This document shows positions 1-13,166 of a stretch of 64,000 bases of DNA, in pieces. A program made the translations under genes and the position numbers. The DNA is from Octopus bimaculoides (taxonomy: Eukaryota). Numbering within the stretch: the first letter of the stretch is position 1; each line of letters begins with the position of its first letter. The notes beneath the pieces were generated by a model. It searched no databases, had not been told where the DNA came from, and saw only the letters and a list, made by a program, of their open reading frames with translations. Location: NCBI RefSeq assembly GCF_001194135.2, contig NC_068982.1:99013021-99077020 (forward strand), given 5' to 3'.

Positions 1-241
1 CTGAAGCAAGTTTATCCATAATTACAAAACAGTAACAATTTTTATTTCAGTTTTCAGACTACAGCTATGTTGGGGCACCATTTTGAAGGTTTTTAGCTGA
101 TTAAATAAACCACAAATGTTATATTAAATCTGATTTATTCTATCACTCTCTTTTTGTCAAACTGTTAAGTTATGAGAACATAAACAAATTGACACAGGCT
201 GTCAACTGCCAAGTAGTGAGAGACAAAGTCACTCTCACTCA

Positions 242-273
<32 letters not shown>

Positions 274-539
274 GCCTTATATTCATACATTGGACTTAGA
301 CTATTTCCATCAACCAGATTCACTCACAAAATATTCGTCAACCAATGGACAGATGAAAACACATATCCAAGGTGCCACACAGAGGAACTGAATCCCAAAT
401 CATGTTGTTGTAAAGTGAACTTCTTAAACCATACAACCATACCTGCATCCAGTTGCTATTCTAACTGCAAAACTAGGCATCCAAATCAAATCAAATCAAA
501 TAAATAAAATGAAAATTAGAAAATAGTTAATACAAACAC

Positions 540-611
540 AGAGTTGTTCTCCTGCGACTGGAGTCAGTTCAGCTCCTTCAGGTTTGGGTGCATTTGGATC
601 TATGGGAGGTG
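540..611 (-). CDS. DIP2: DIP2 coding exon (phase 1-1, 72 nt; donor uncertain)
   Basis: Acceptor tttgtctttcag. Translates TPPIDPNAPKPEGAELTPVAGEQL (DIP2 PDPNQPKPEG...GEQL). The best in-phase donor, GTGTTT, is weak. Confidence 0.88.
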
Positions 612-791
612 CTGAAAGACAAATATACATTATATTATGATATGCTTTAGCTTTGTCTGTTAATTGCCAAGGCACTCATGTGCACATATAAAGATATAGA
701 CATATGTATGTACAGGAAATAAAATCAGTTTTTATTTACAATATGAAAGGGATCCTAGCACTTAGTTACTTTTGACTATTAATAACTTCTA

Positions 792-837
<46 letters not shown>
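792..837. repeat. (AAT)n microsatellite
   Basis: Perfect trinucleotide run. Confidence 0.98.
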
Positions 838-841
<4 letters not shown>

Positions 842-842
842 T

Positions 843-1028
843 GAGTTAGAACCAGTGGAGAGCTACAGATACCTAGGGGTATTGTAAGGGGAGGGAATCA
901 AACATTCAGTGATGAGGGAAAGGATCAGAAGAGAGTGTTATCGCAGGGTAAGAGCAATAATCAAAACAGAGCTGATTGCAAGAAACAGGATCGAAGTGAC
1001 CAATACTTTAGCCATACCAGTTGTGACT
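843..1028 (+). mobile_element. R4/Dong-clade non-LTR retrotransposon RT fragment
   Basis: ELEPVESYRYLGVL*GEGIKHSVMRERIRRECYRRVRAIIKTELIARNRIEVTNTLAIPVVT; starts directly after an (AAT)n tract. Confidence 0.75.
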
Positions 1029-1960
1029 AACACAACATAGTTTCTCTCTCGCTTTTTTATTTTGAGAGAGAGTGTGAGAGACAGAGTGTGAGAGACAGAG
1101 TGTGTGTGTGTGCGCATACATCTTCAGATGTTCTCACAAGTCACATTGTTTATTTTTATCTTCATTTATATATATTTATATATATATATTTGGAGAGAAG
1201 ATTTTTTCTCAAGGAGTTAAGATTAAGAAAAAAAACCTTTTAGAAAGTCGAAAGACACTATCAAACCTTGAACCATTCTTTTACTTTTGCTAAATATTAA
1301 TAAAAACATACATGTACTCATATTTTGAGTTCTATTTTTCCTATTTGTACCAACAGGCCTATATAAATATATATAAAGTTACAGTTATATCTGTGATAAA
1401 ACAAATGATTATGACTAAAGAAACACATTTGCAGGCAGAAATTTTAAGAACAGTTTTATATGGGAAAGGTAAGGTTTCAATTAGTAATCTGATTTGGTGG
1501 AGTATAGATTGAGCTTATGAAACAGAAAATGAGAATATATTAATAAACGAATTATAGTGTTAGTTGAAAAAGATGGGTGGAATGTATTTCCAAAATATTT
1601 ATCAATAAAAGTATAACATCTGCATGTAGCATATGTAGATAAATCAAATGACATCCCTTTGTAAGCAAGAGATTGTCTTATTATACTGTGCAAGAAGGAA
1701 TGGAAATATGTTTTCCAGTTAATAAATTTAAATGAGTTGTTTTTAAAGAACCAAGTTCAAGGAAAATACTCCCAAACCATTTATAAAGTTTATGTTTAAC
1801 ATGACATAATGTTGGAGAAAAGAACAGTGTGAAAATGTTTAGTTTACAAAAAAACTAGTTAGCAAAATAAAATTATCAATAAAATAGCTCTAATGGTAAC
1901 TTTAAATTGATAATTAATGCTAATTTAACTGCTAAATAAATGAAAGAAAAATCAACTTAC

Positions 1961-2018
1961 TTTCTAAAGCTTCATCTTCATCAATGAAGAATTCCCTCAA
2001 AGGTTTCCTTTTAGGACG
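1961..2018 (-). CDS. DIP2: DIP2 coding exon (phase 0-1, 58 nt)
   Basis: Acceptor tttgctcctttacacag, donor GTAAGT. Translates RPKRKPLREFFIDEDEALE (vertebrate RPKRPPLREFFVDDFEE, recalled). Confidence 0.95.
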
Positions 2019-2886
2019 CTGTGTAAAGGAGCAAAAATGAGAGAAAATTTGAAACTATAAATGTTTAATAAATCTAAAAAGAACTAAACAAATTTTAAAA
2101 GGTATTGGATACCAGAAACTATATCACGCAATAGTAACGAATGTTGAAGTAAATTTTAATCCATTGCCAATATAAATGTCGTTAGAACTGGATTTTGCAC
2201 AAATTTTATACAAAAATTTCAAAATGTGAAACTAATTTTTATTTTAGCACATCTTTAAAAACATTAGGTACTGTATACAAATCTAGAAAAAAACAAACAA
2301 ACTTTAAAGTTAATACACAAATTATGATATACTTAGAGTTTAACTTCGACTTGCATATGAAATTTCAACCTTGTTCTATCTAAAATGGAATAGGTATCAC
2401 CAACAAGATAATTTTTTTTTTCAAAAGTGGCAAATAAAGAAATATAGCTGATTAGTTGAATCCCAGCAAATGACTAGTATATATTTTGTATATTTCATTG
2501 ACACAGGGATCAGTGAAACAAATAAAAACATTAATTAAGATAACATGGTTCTGAAATTCATTTCCATGAAAGATAATTTTTAATATTCTAATTACTCTGC
2601 ATAAACAACATTTCTTTTTAAAACAGGAAGCTTATTTCACAGAACTGAAGTATCATAAGGGTCAATGTATTTAGAACCCTATTCAAGGTAAAATGTCTAA
2701 AATATCATGTATTGGCTACTCATGCCCTTGAGCAAAAGAAATAACTGCTTGATCCAGTTAGCCTGACTGGCAATAGGTCCCATCGTAATTTATGGTTGAG
2801 TTGCTAGTAGTAGAGGTCAGAGCTGAAAAACAAAACAATCACTCCAACAAAAACCACCCTAATCATGATAAAAAAAAAAAAAAAAA

Positions 2887-2896
2887 NNNNNNNNNN
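2887..2896. other. Assembly gap (10 N) within poly-A
   Basis: N run. Confidence 1.
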
Positions 2897-4624
2897 AAAA
2901 AAATAGATACAGTGGGAAAAGAGGGTGGAGAAGGAAAAACACAAAAGGATAACAACATGCAGCATCTGAGATTACAATTGTACAGGGGCGAAGTAAAGAG
3001 AGAAAAAGTGTGTACAGATGACGATGATGGACAGATGAATTGGCTTATGGTTTGTAAGTTTTGTTAGTCCAGCCAGTTACTGGTTTGTGAAATTGTATCT
3101 GCTATAATTTGATTTAGTCTGTTTTGGATACTTAATTTTACATGCCTTGGTGAACATAACTGGAAGAATTAGCAACAATTATAAAAGCCATGAAATTGTA
3201 AAAATTTAGGAAGTATTGTACTAGGAACGAATCTAGTTTTTTGTTCCAAATTATGACTAGAGATGAAAGAGCGAAATATGTGGTCTTATGACAGTTGCAT
3301 ATCATACTAAAACTATATAGTAATGAAAAAAAAACATACAAATTGTGTAAAACAAAGATGACTAGAACATAACATAACAAGCAATGATTATGTAATGAAA
3401 TAATGAAGTTATGTATTTATGACAATGTTACAGCAAGGCCGCAACTCACTAGCTTGAACAAGTTAATACAAGTAAACAATAATCTGGTTTCATTTATGTG
3501 ATAAATCCTATCTGCCGTTTTGGCAGATATCATTAATTATTTTAATGGGAAAAGGAATTACCACTTTGTCACTTTGAAAGCTAAGAAAGCAGTATGAATT
3601 TTAAATAGCATCAAATAATTTTCCAATTTACTAAAAATTGATTTTAACCTCATTAAATCTACCTACTGTATTTTCTCATGTGTAATGTGAGAAATTTAAT
3701 ACACATTTAATAACATAATGAAAATTGGTGGTTAACATTATACTCGAGTGTAAAAACAAAATAAAATAAAACAGGATAGAGTGTATTTTTGATTTTTTGA
3801 GTGGTTATATCATATCTTGAGATCTCAATGAACTTGATTATGCTCAGTGATTAAATGATAAAATAAATACTTTTAACAAAATTTTGACAGGCGTTAACAA
3901 CATTCTTAAATAGTAACTAATTCCTTCTCCAGTCTTGTACTGAGTTTGATCCTTGTCGCTTCACATTTGTAAAGCTGAGGTTGGTGTGACCTGACAACCA
4001 TAAAACCTGATGTAGAGCCTCATTCCAGGATATTAACAACAAATCTATAAAGGTTTACATAAAACAAGTGTAAACAATGTAGATATTGCTTTCAAATTAA
4101 CACTATTAAAAAAACCCAACAGAATCTTGTTAATTTAAAGACCATTCTTCAAACATCTTTATTCATTTATTTTGATGTGAATATCAAGGAAAAAAAAACT
4201 AGCTGTTGCTATTACTCTTATTAAATAGAAACCCTGAAAACCTAAAATTAGGTAAAATTGCATAAGCTACTTCAAAAAGTATTAAAACATTTTTTAACAT
4301 TGTAAATATTATAGTGTTTCGTTTGGAAACAGAAATACACAAATTATAGCTTGAAACAAAATGTAGCACATAGTGTTTGGATTTTCCTTTCTTTTTGGAG
4401 GATTTTAAATATTTGTTTACATGCTTGCATAGATTGGGTGGTGCATGGACTTGGTGATATATATTCATACATAATTTGGCTGTGTGTTTGTGTACTGTAT
4501 ACATTATGGTTTTTAGAGTATATACACTATATTCCTGCATATCACAAGCAATGAAAAAAGTCCCATTTAAAGAAATAATTTTTTGTGACACTATCTGTTG
4601 ATTGTTTTATGACCCATAGGCCAG

Positions 4625-5010
4625 TGAAACCTGGTTAATCCTCAGTATGTCCTCACTCTCTTCACTGATGCTGAAGTGAGCGTGTCAATTCCCATTCCGT
4701 TTCTTGGTATTTTTTTCTCTGAACCACGTTTTAAATTCTTAATTTACTTGAAGAAAACAGTTATACTGAACCTTTGGTTGCGTTGAGAATGATGAAAACA
4801 TTTTGAAAACTTTGCATAAGCCTCTGAGCAGGTATCACCAAGCTTTTGGCAAAATTTGATGCAGATTCTCTGCTCAAGTTTTCTGTCATGGTCAATGCAA
4901 CGATCACACACTACACACCTTCCTTCTAAGCACTGCTGTAAACAGCAGAAGTGAACTAGAACGTTAAAACTTAGTGCACATGCACAGCAGAGTTCAAGGT
5001 CAAACTAGAC
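4625..5010 (-). mobile_element. Mariner transposase 5' relic
   Basis: ATG at 4889 followed by EQRICIKFCQKLGDTCSEAYAK, typical of the mariner N-terminal HTH (EQRxxIKFCxKLG). Confidence 0.75.
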
Positions 5011-5289
5011 CAAGCAGCTTCACTTTGTGTGCTTTAGCTTCGTTACTATGGCAACAATCCGGATACTTATTGATCAGACCATGTATATAAAAGCAAGATG
5101 AAAGCTGAGACCAAAAACAAATCTTAGCAAACAGATAAAATAGTTGCTGTATATTTGGAGAGGATACAACCACACCCATCTTGTTGATGTGGCTGTATGG
5201 CTGGCAGACATTCAAAAAGCAAGCTACAGAATAGGCTAAAAGAACCCAGACGTGGAGTGCCCAGCAATGTAAGTTATAATACATCATTG

Positions 5290-5600
5290 CATCAACCAGA
5301 CTATTCAATCTCGATATACACTACTGGTCACAATGCTCCTCTGTGCATTGTTGTTATATGTTGGAAAAGTTGATTTATGTTGCCTATGGTTTCTAGCCAT
5401 AGATTAATATCTAGAAATGCAGGTCTGCTGATGGGGTGCTAAGGCAGTTAGTTGAAGAAGCCCTTGATGCTCTGCTGGATGGAGTTTGTTTCTGCATTGA
5501 ATACTTTCCATCAAATTGTTTTTCTATTTCCTGGCTATCGCCTACTGGGATTGTTTTGATTACAGTTTTAATGTCATCAACATATTACCACATGGGCCCA
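5290..5600 (-). mobile_element. Penelope-like RT relic
   Basis: PMW*YVDDIKTVIK, NSIQQSIK, AFLDINL and RSIVTSSVYR occur in the order expected for PLE RT. Confidence 0.7.
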
Positions 5601-5703
5601 TACCTGTGGTAATGTAGAAAAAGAATAAAAATGAAAACAGGCAGATCTATCAAGTGTCTATTCAGTTAAACATATTTAGGAAAAAAACCCTGTACTGGCA
5701 ACT

Positions 5704-5850
5704 TGCAAACTGTGCACCAGTGAACCACAGATAAATTACAAAACTAGGAATTTAGTGCATCACATTAGATCAATGGGAGGGCTGTATAGAGATACCACAG
5801 AACTCTATAAAGGAGAAATGGCTCACAAACACTGGCATGAAAAGAAAACA
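5704..5850 (+). mobile_element. Penelope-like GIY-YIG endonuclease relic
   Basis: CKLC...INYKTRNLVHHIR...LY, then an HRTL*RR-like segment after a frameshift; resembles C..C..NCKTxNVVYxI..YxGxT.R.L..R..EH. Confidence 0.5.
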
Positions 5851-6819
5851 GTTAGAATCTACCAAATAGCAAAACCAAAACATAACAGATTAAATAATGT
5901 TAAAATAACAAAATTTTTCCACACATCTAAATGACCCAATAGTCCAATAGATTATAGAAGTGGTGTGCAAACTGGAAGCAGATTCTGACCCACACACACT
6001 CTCTCAATAGATTGAATGAGTGGAATAACAATAACCCCATACACATCATCTACCGCAATAATACGAGGATGAGAATAAATAAAGGTTAAAGTTAACTGAA
6101 GTCAACCACTACACACATACTCACACTTACAGACCATAACACATATACATCATTTTACATCCATTTTTTTATACTGGTGTCAATTATTACAGATCTTATT
6201 GAGGGGCCTCCATCCACACAAATGGGTTGAAGAACCACACCTTGATCAAATGATTGGTCTCTATGCCTGGATGCTTTTCCTACCAATGAGAGAGAGTGTG
6301 TGTGAGGAGAGCGCCATTCATGCTAATCTGTTTTTCAATGCCAGCAAGGGTAATATATTATTGAGGATTACATACAGCCATATGCCATTCCTTTCACTAA
6401 TCTTTACTTGATCTTCAAGTAAGGATTCTGTAATCCACAAAACTGAAAATGTAAAGATAGTGATGATTTGTTGACAGAGGAAATAACAATGCCCGTGCTT
6501 GTGGCTCAACAATTTTCAGAGAAACCTATTTGCAAACAAACATACAGATGCGTGTACATACACATATGATTCAGTTTCTACCAACCAAATTCACAGACAA
6601 GGCCTCAAACATCCTAGGACTAGAGTAGAAAACACCTGCCCAAAGCACCATGCAGTGAAACTGAACCCCAAGCCATGTAGAGAATTGGACTAATCAACCA
6701 AGCTGCAAACCTATACTCATTAAACCATGCCTACACCCATTTTTCCCATGCTTGCATGGGTAGGACAGACTTTCAGCAGCATAATGTCTCACCACTTGTT
6801 ACAGTGAATCATCATCATC

Positions 6820-7500
6820 ATCATCTTTGTGAGGTCCAGCTTCTTGAGATCAGACAACACTACTTCTTCCCATTTCTTACTCACCTTCCTCACCTGCAGT
6901 GTCACCACTTGATCATTTAATACTCTTTAAACCCAATCATCATACTCTATACATAATGCATAGAGATATGCATCACAAGAGAGGAGACTACATTGCTCTG
7001 AACCAGTGCAGCCTTCTATCCTGCACGCTCCATCCAATTTTTTTCTTAGCTCAAATGTATACCATCATTCATGCTTGTTAACTTTAGACATTCAACGGAA
7101 GCAAACTCAGCTTATTTCTTTAGTTTTTATACACTTCACATTCTTTGTAATACTCATGCAATCTATTCTTCACTTGAAGAGAAAAATCACCTTATTGCTA
7201 GTAAAGATAACAGCTCCCTGAACTTTTTCCCATGCGATCTTACTCTGGGAACTATGTTTACAAAGCACTTACTCCACTGCTAATTAAAGAATCCATTTAA
7301 AAGGTGCTCCTACTGCTAACTATTTTTCTGCATTTGCTACATATGAAGACTTCCTTCCTTATTGACCAGCCCGTGATCCCATTACACCACTTGTGCAACC
7401 ATGAAATAAACCATATGGAATTCCTACCAACTCCTTTTCAGCGATTTGAGTTAGGCCACTTCCTAGATACAAGTAAAGTTTTGACTTCTTTTTTGCTAAC
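6820..7500 (-). mobile_element. Old RTE LINE C-terminal relic
   Basis: Minus strand reads W-E-E-V-V-L-S-D-L-K-K-L-D-L-T-K-like, followed by (GAT)n. Boundaries approximate. Confidence 0.6.
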
Positions 7501-7849
7501 TTAAGCTTCTGTATTTATTAAGCTTATTTTCAAGCCTTTCAATTCTAGGCTGTGCTTCCATGTTTAATATTTCTTTTCTTAATCTTTGACAGATTCAGTT
7601 ATGAGAATTAGGCCATTAGTATACAGTCTTAAACTCTCTGTTATGGCCAGGAAAACCTTAATTAACAGTAAGAGCTAAAAACCAAGCCCTGATGAACATG
7701 CTATATTCTTTTCTGAACTTGTGGCAAAAACTCGCCTTGCTGATGGCATGTTTGTAAATGGCTTGCATAGCTCCCACTTGATTTTAGCAAACACTAAATA
7801 AATTATCCAATAAAATATAGTCACTCACATAGTTGATAAGGTAGTACAA

Positions 7850-9260
7850 GAAGGGGTAAATTTTTAATGCCTACTGTAGTATCATCAGCAACTGCAATAG
7901 AAATACTCTAGAAAGAAGCAAGCAACTATAGATGAATGTACTATAAAAAAAATTTCACAAAGTGAGCTTGTTAACATGTAAAACAATTTGGACTTGTGCC
8001 AGGATGGAGTACCACTGAAGCCTAGTTCCTTAACTCAGTCAAGGCACTCCATCTAGTTTTTGCTTATCTGGAGAAGGCCTTTGACAGGTTATCACGCTCT
8101 GTTGTTTGGTGGTCACCAAGAAAACTTACTATAAAAGAATGGCTCGTAAGAGCAACATACAGAGATACTGCCAGCAAGATGAAAAGTTAGCAATGACTAT
8201 AGCAAGAAATTTAGCATGTAGGTGGGTGCCCATCAGAACATGGAGCTCAATCTCCTCCTGTTTATTATAATTCTCCTGACCATAACTGAGGAGTTGAGGA
8301 CGAACTGTCTGTGGGAACTGCTGTATGTCAATGACCTACTTCACAGCTGAATCTGTCAAAGTATTAGAGAAGAAATTACAAGCATGGAAACAAGAGTTAA
8401 AATCAAGATAATCTTTACATAAACCTAGCAAAAAGAGTTTTCATAACAAGGAAGAAAACAGAATTCTACTGGCATTTGGAAAATGGACATGCTTGTTATG
8501 TAAAAAAAGAACTAAATTTCCATATTATGTACCTAATGTAAACTTGGTAAACAAGAGATGTAGCGGGAGCACAGGCAGGATGATACAGAAGAACTCTGTA
8601 TGTAGCAGATGTGAAGGAATAGTTTGCATGAAGAGCATCCAAAGAATATATCATTTCAAATATTCAGAGGGTTCCTTAGAAGCTGAAATGAGCTTTTGTT
8701 GCTTAAATAGCTAACAGTAGAAGATGGTGTTCTGGAAACATAGTAGCTACACTAAAAATGGCAGGGTAAAAAGTTTAAAAGGTTCAGGAAGTTTTTATTC
8801 TGCTGGTGACAGAGATTCCTTCTCTGATTGAAAGAAAGATTGTATGATGCTTGTCTACAAAGTACTATGGATCATAGAGTTAAAAGTGTACTGAATCTGG
8901 AGAGTGAGTGAAAACTGGAAAGAAAATAAGTGATCATGGATGTATAATGTTAGTAAGCACGAATGATAGGGTTCAAATGAACAAACAAACAAAAAAAAAA
9001 TGGGTACAAAAGAAACTAGATGTAGTGTGCAAAAGAGAAAAGTGAGTTGGTATGGACATGTTTCACCAGTCCTCAGTCAAATCGTCCAACCCATGCTAGC
9101 ATGGAAAATGGACGTTAAACGATGATGATGATGTGATGCATATAGAAAATGATAGTAAAGAAGTATTGAGTGATCCAAGAAAGAACCTACAGAAGATCAT
9201 GGAAGATAGGGGAAGAAATGAGTAAGTTGGTCTCATGAAGCTGAACCTCATAAAGAAAGA
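7850..9260 (+). mobile_element. Old RTE LINE RT relic, interrupted near its end by a young RTE-type 3' tail (9067-9132)
   Basis: QFGLVPG, LEKAFDR, LLFII and ELLY(V)ND-like segments in shifting frames. Boundaries approximate. Confidence 0.8.
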
Positions 9261-11425
9261 TATAGTGATAAAAGGTATAAGTGTTTGAGGTAAGATAAGA
9301 CTTTAGTAGAACATCAAAAGGTAATCATTAAATGTATTAGTACGATTATATTAAAGTTAAGTTATGGTGAAATACTATCATTTAAAAGGAAAGTTGGTCA
9401 CATTGGTAAATTGCAAGCATGTGAAAGCAAAATTATTTTTTAGATATGTCAGAATTTTTTCACTAAAAACAAAAAACAAAGCAATAAATATAAAAGGTAT
9501 TGGAAACAAAAGAATGGTGTATTGTTTTCAAATAAAGTTTAAAAGTCAAGCTTAAAAACATAAAATATATACAAAAAATATCAAAAACATTGGGAGTTAA
9601 AAGCATTTATGTTGCTTTTAAGACCTGTTTAGTTTTTTAAAGTTTCAATAAGTTTCAATTGTAAATATAAAAAGTGTATATTTTTCTATAGCATTTAATT
9701 TTGTTAAAACTTAAATGTCTTATTTTTTTACATAGTTATTCTAAATATGATGATGATTTGAAAATGACAAGTGTCTTTAGCATTTCAATCCTCAACTGGA
9801 ATGAATACTTGGGATTAATGTAGCTGATATTATGTGAAGAGTTAAAAGGGATAATGCATATGAACATGAAAAAATAAACAGAAAAAAACATCAGTTTATC
9901 ATCTAGCTTTTGTGTTTTGGGTGTTTGGTTTAGATGAGAGATTATTTTTAAACAGAGTTGAATAGAGGGTACTGAGATAAAGAATAAAATGTAGTAACAG
10001 TATTTATCAATCTATTTTGGGGTCTTGCAATGAAATATGCTTAAGAATAAGAATAATCTTAGCCAGTGATGAATCTTGTAACTTTCATCAATTTCAAAGC
10101 AGTTGTGTGGTGTAGGGAGTAACAAAGGGTGACAGTAAAATCAATGGGCATAAAAAGGTACATTCTTGAAAAACAAATATTGAGCAATGAATACTACCAG
10201 TGTTACTATGCACAATGATGCAATACTGTCATACAAACTTAGATTAGATTGTAGTAATAGTACAGACTAAGTGCAGATACTAAACTTAATCAGTAGATCA
10301 GCTTTAGTATTTAGATGCTATTGTTACAAGATACTGTCTTCAGCTTACTCCACCAAACAAAGATAAAAATCATCTTAGAGCTCTTTCTATGACAGATTCT
10401 CTGTACAGAAACCAGCTAAAAGATGTGCCTCATGTGATCTTGTAGAGTAATATAACAAAACAAAATCTTTGAGCAGCTCCAGAAAGTTGTAAAAGGTTCA
10501 TGTACACTGGAGGATGCAGGAATGAAAATTTGCAACACAGAGCGAATCCAAATGAGTTAAGAAAGGAACTGGGCATCAGTAGCTAGCTGCAAAAGAACAT
10601 ATATAAGTGATATAGAATATTAAGGTAGAGTGATAATAATGGAATGATTCAAAAGAATCTTTGAGCTGTTTCCATTGAGCAATGAATACTACCAACATTG
10701 AACAGTGTTCAACACTGATAGAATTTAGTGCTGAGGGATTGTTTTTCTAGAGTGCACATTTTTATGTCTATTGATTTAACTATCAACCTTATACAGAATT
10801 TCTAGTAACTATTTTATTCCCAACAGCACATAACCATTTGACTGCTGATGAGTTACAAGACTCATTACAAGCCATTTTTCAAATCAAGAGCCAAAAATAG
10901 ATAGATAAATACTGTTTCCTCATTCTAGTGCTCTCTATTCATCCCTGATCAAAAATAATCCCTGATCTAAATCAAACACCTGAAACATGAAAGCTAGGTG
11001 ATAAGCTTATGTTATTATTTCATTTAAAATATTCAGGTAGAAAGATTACATGTAGAAAAAAATTTTAAAAAAAAAATTCCCTAATATTTTCATAGACTTT
11101 ATCACTTTTTTAAACAACATTAAGTTAGGTAATGAACTGACATTTTTTAAAGGCATATCTCATTAAATTTAAAGATCAAGTAGTTTAGTTTCAAAACAAG
11201 GTTGAGTGATGAGTAAGAATAGAAGATAAGGATAAAGTTGAACTAGTAGCCAATATAATAATGATAACATAACAATGTTAAAACAATTGCATTTAGATAT
11301 AGCAGCAAACATATAAAACACAATCTAAGCTATAACATAGAAATAAATGCATATAAGAGCTCAGAAAATTACAGCAAATAATGTCAAGCAGAAGCTAAGA
11401 TTAAAACACAGGAAAGGAAGTTTAC

Positions 11426-11481
11426 CTTCAATGTGTTTAACAGCTGCTGGATTTTGGCAGATACTTTGCCATGTCTTGAAT
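11426..11481 (-). CDS. DIP2: DIP2 coding exon (phase 1-0, 56 nt)
   Basis: Acceptor ttttttttcatattacctag, donor AAG|GTAAAC. Translates DSRHGKVSAKIQQLLNTLK, the diagnostic DIP2 VSAKIQQLxNTLK motif. Confidence 0.95.
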
Positions 11482-11575
11482 CTAGGTAATATGAAAAAAA
11501 AATAATAGCAATGATGATAATGATAAGGTAATTTGTAGAGGCTAATCAAATTGCTAGCATTTTTACAAGAAGCAG

Positions 11576-11625
<50 letters not shown>

Positions 11626-12092
11626 TGCACACGCACACATATATGTAAAATATACACACACACTTTTATCACCAAAAGAAAACAAAATACAAGTTGACAA
11701 CACTAACAGCAGTGACAACAATAAGAACAACAACTAACAATTAAAATTTTTTTTTTTCTGATTTTCCTAATAAATAAATATAACTAAGAGAAATTGTCTA
11801 AATTGTGATATTTGAAAAAAAAAACACAGAGAGAAAAAATAAGAAAATGACTGATTGTCAAGAAGAATATAATTAGAAAAAAGAGAAAAAATAAGGAAAA
11901 GTAGAACTTTTATACACAGAGAAGACTGAGGTTCAAATTTTTAAGGAGTGGGCAAAGAAATAAAAAAAAAGAAAAGCAGATTGTTTTGTCTCATGCTTGG
12001 TCAGTCATAGAATGAAATACAGGGGCTCGCCTGAGCACGACAGAGAAATTATTTCCGTGCAGACATTCAGAGAGGGGAGAAATAAGTCTTAC

Positions 12093-12126
12093 TTATGATC
12101 CAGTTTACTATAGCTGCATCATCCAT
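12093..12126 (-). CDS. DIP2: Candidate alternative first coding exon of a short DIP2 isoform (MDDAAIVNWII, phase 1)
   Basis: ATG at 12126 is the first Met after an in-frame stop. Donor GTAAGA is in phase with the acceptor at 11481. The surrounding unique sequence retains CpGs. Confidence 0.4.
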
Positions 12127-12338
12127 AGATTGAAGTTCACTCAATCCGGTCGGGAGATTACCTGCCCAAAGTTCATCATTCCATAAAACGGTGTTCAAAC
12201 AGAGACACGCAAACACTTTACAGAGTTATCATGTGATAGGATGGCCAGAAATTTAAAGTTTAGCTCAATTATTTATATAATGAAATGGCCTTAAAAAGTT
12301 TTGCTCAGAATGATTTATAAAAGCCTTTCAGAAACAAC

Positions 12339-12373
<35 letters not shown>

Positions 12374-12929
12374 CACACACATACATACATATATACATAC
12401 ATATATATACATACACATATATAATGTGTATGCATGTATGTATTTATGTATGTGTGTGTGTGTATATATATATATGAATTTGTTTTTACCTTGGAAGCTA
12501 AGAACTTTTTGAAGTCTTAATTTATCTATTCAATTAATTATTTGAAATTAATAGAACCATCAATAAAAATTTGTATTTCATGCCCAGATGTAAGGGCTTA
12601 TTATGAAAAGATACCTTTAGCTAATGCTAGAAAGCCTGGATGAACATAAAGAAGGGAATACTCAAATTGTTGGCCCATCCAAAAATAGAGGGAATTTAGA
12701 TGTAAATAATAAACACACTGAAGGACAATATTACTGAAATTGGAGCAAAGTAAAAGAAAGAAGACCACAATAAATGTATATATATGATTTTAAAAAAAAC
12801 AAACAAAAACAAAACAAACTTGCATTTCAAAAAAAAAAAACAATCAATAAATGAAGAATTTAAACATAATCCTAGGATAAAACAACAACAAACAACATAA
12901 AACAAGGGGAGAAATATATTCAGAACTAT

Positions 12930-12985
12930 ATATATGAGTATGTGTGTGTGTATATGTGTGTTTGTGTGTGCATGTGTGTGCGCGT

Positions 12986-13022
<37 letters not shown>

Positions 13023-13166
13023 GTTTTTTAATATACATGTATATGAATGTACACACGTTGTGTGTATATATGTGTATGTGTGTGTATATATATATATGTA
13101 TATATATACACACATATATATGTATACATACACATATACATGTAACTAACATACACACACACACAC
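12930..13166. repeat. Compound (TG)/(CA)/(TA) microsatellite
   Basis: Alternating purine-pyrimidine runs. Confidence 0.95.

Noticed and set aside
3917-3990. Exon-like GHTNLSFTNVKRQGSNS...
   Set aside because: It needs a phase-1 start, but the upstream exon ends in phase 0, where it hits TGA. It would also split the conserved LNTLK-RPKR junction.
10845-10870. CUGAUGA plus hairpin resembling a hammerhead
   Set aside because: No GAAA follows helix II.
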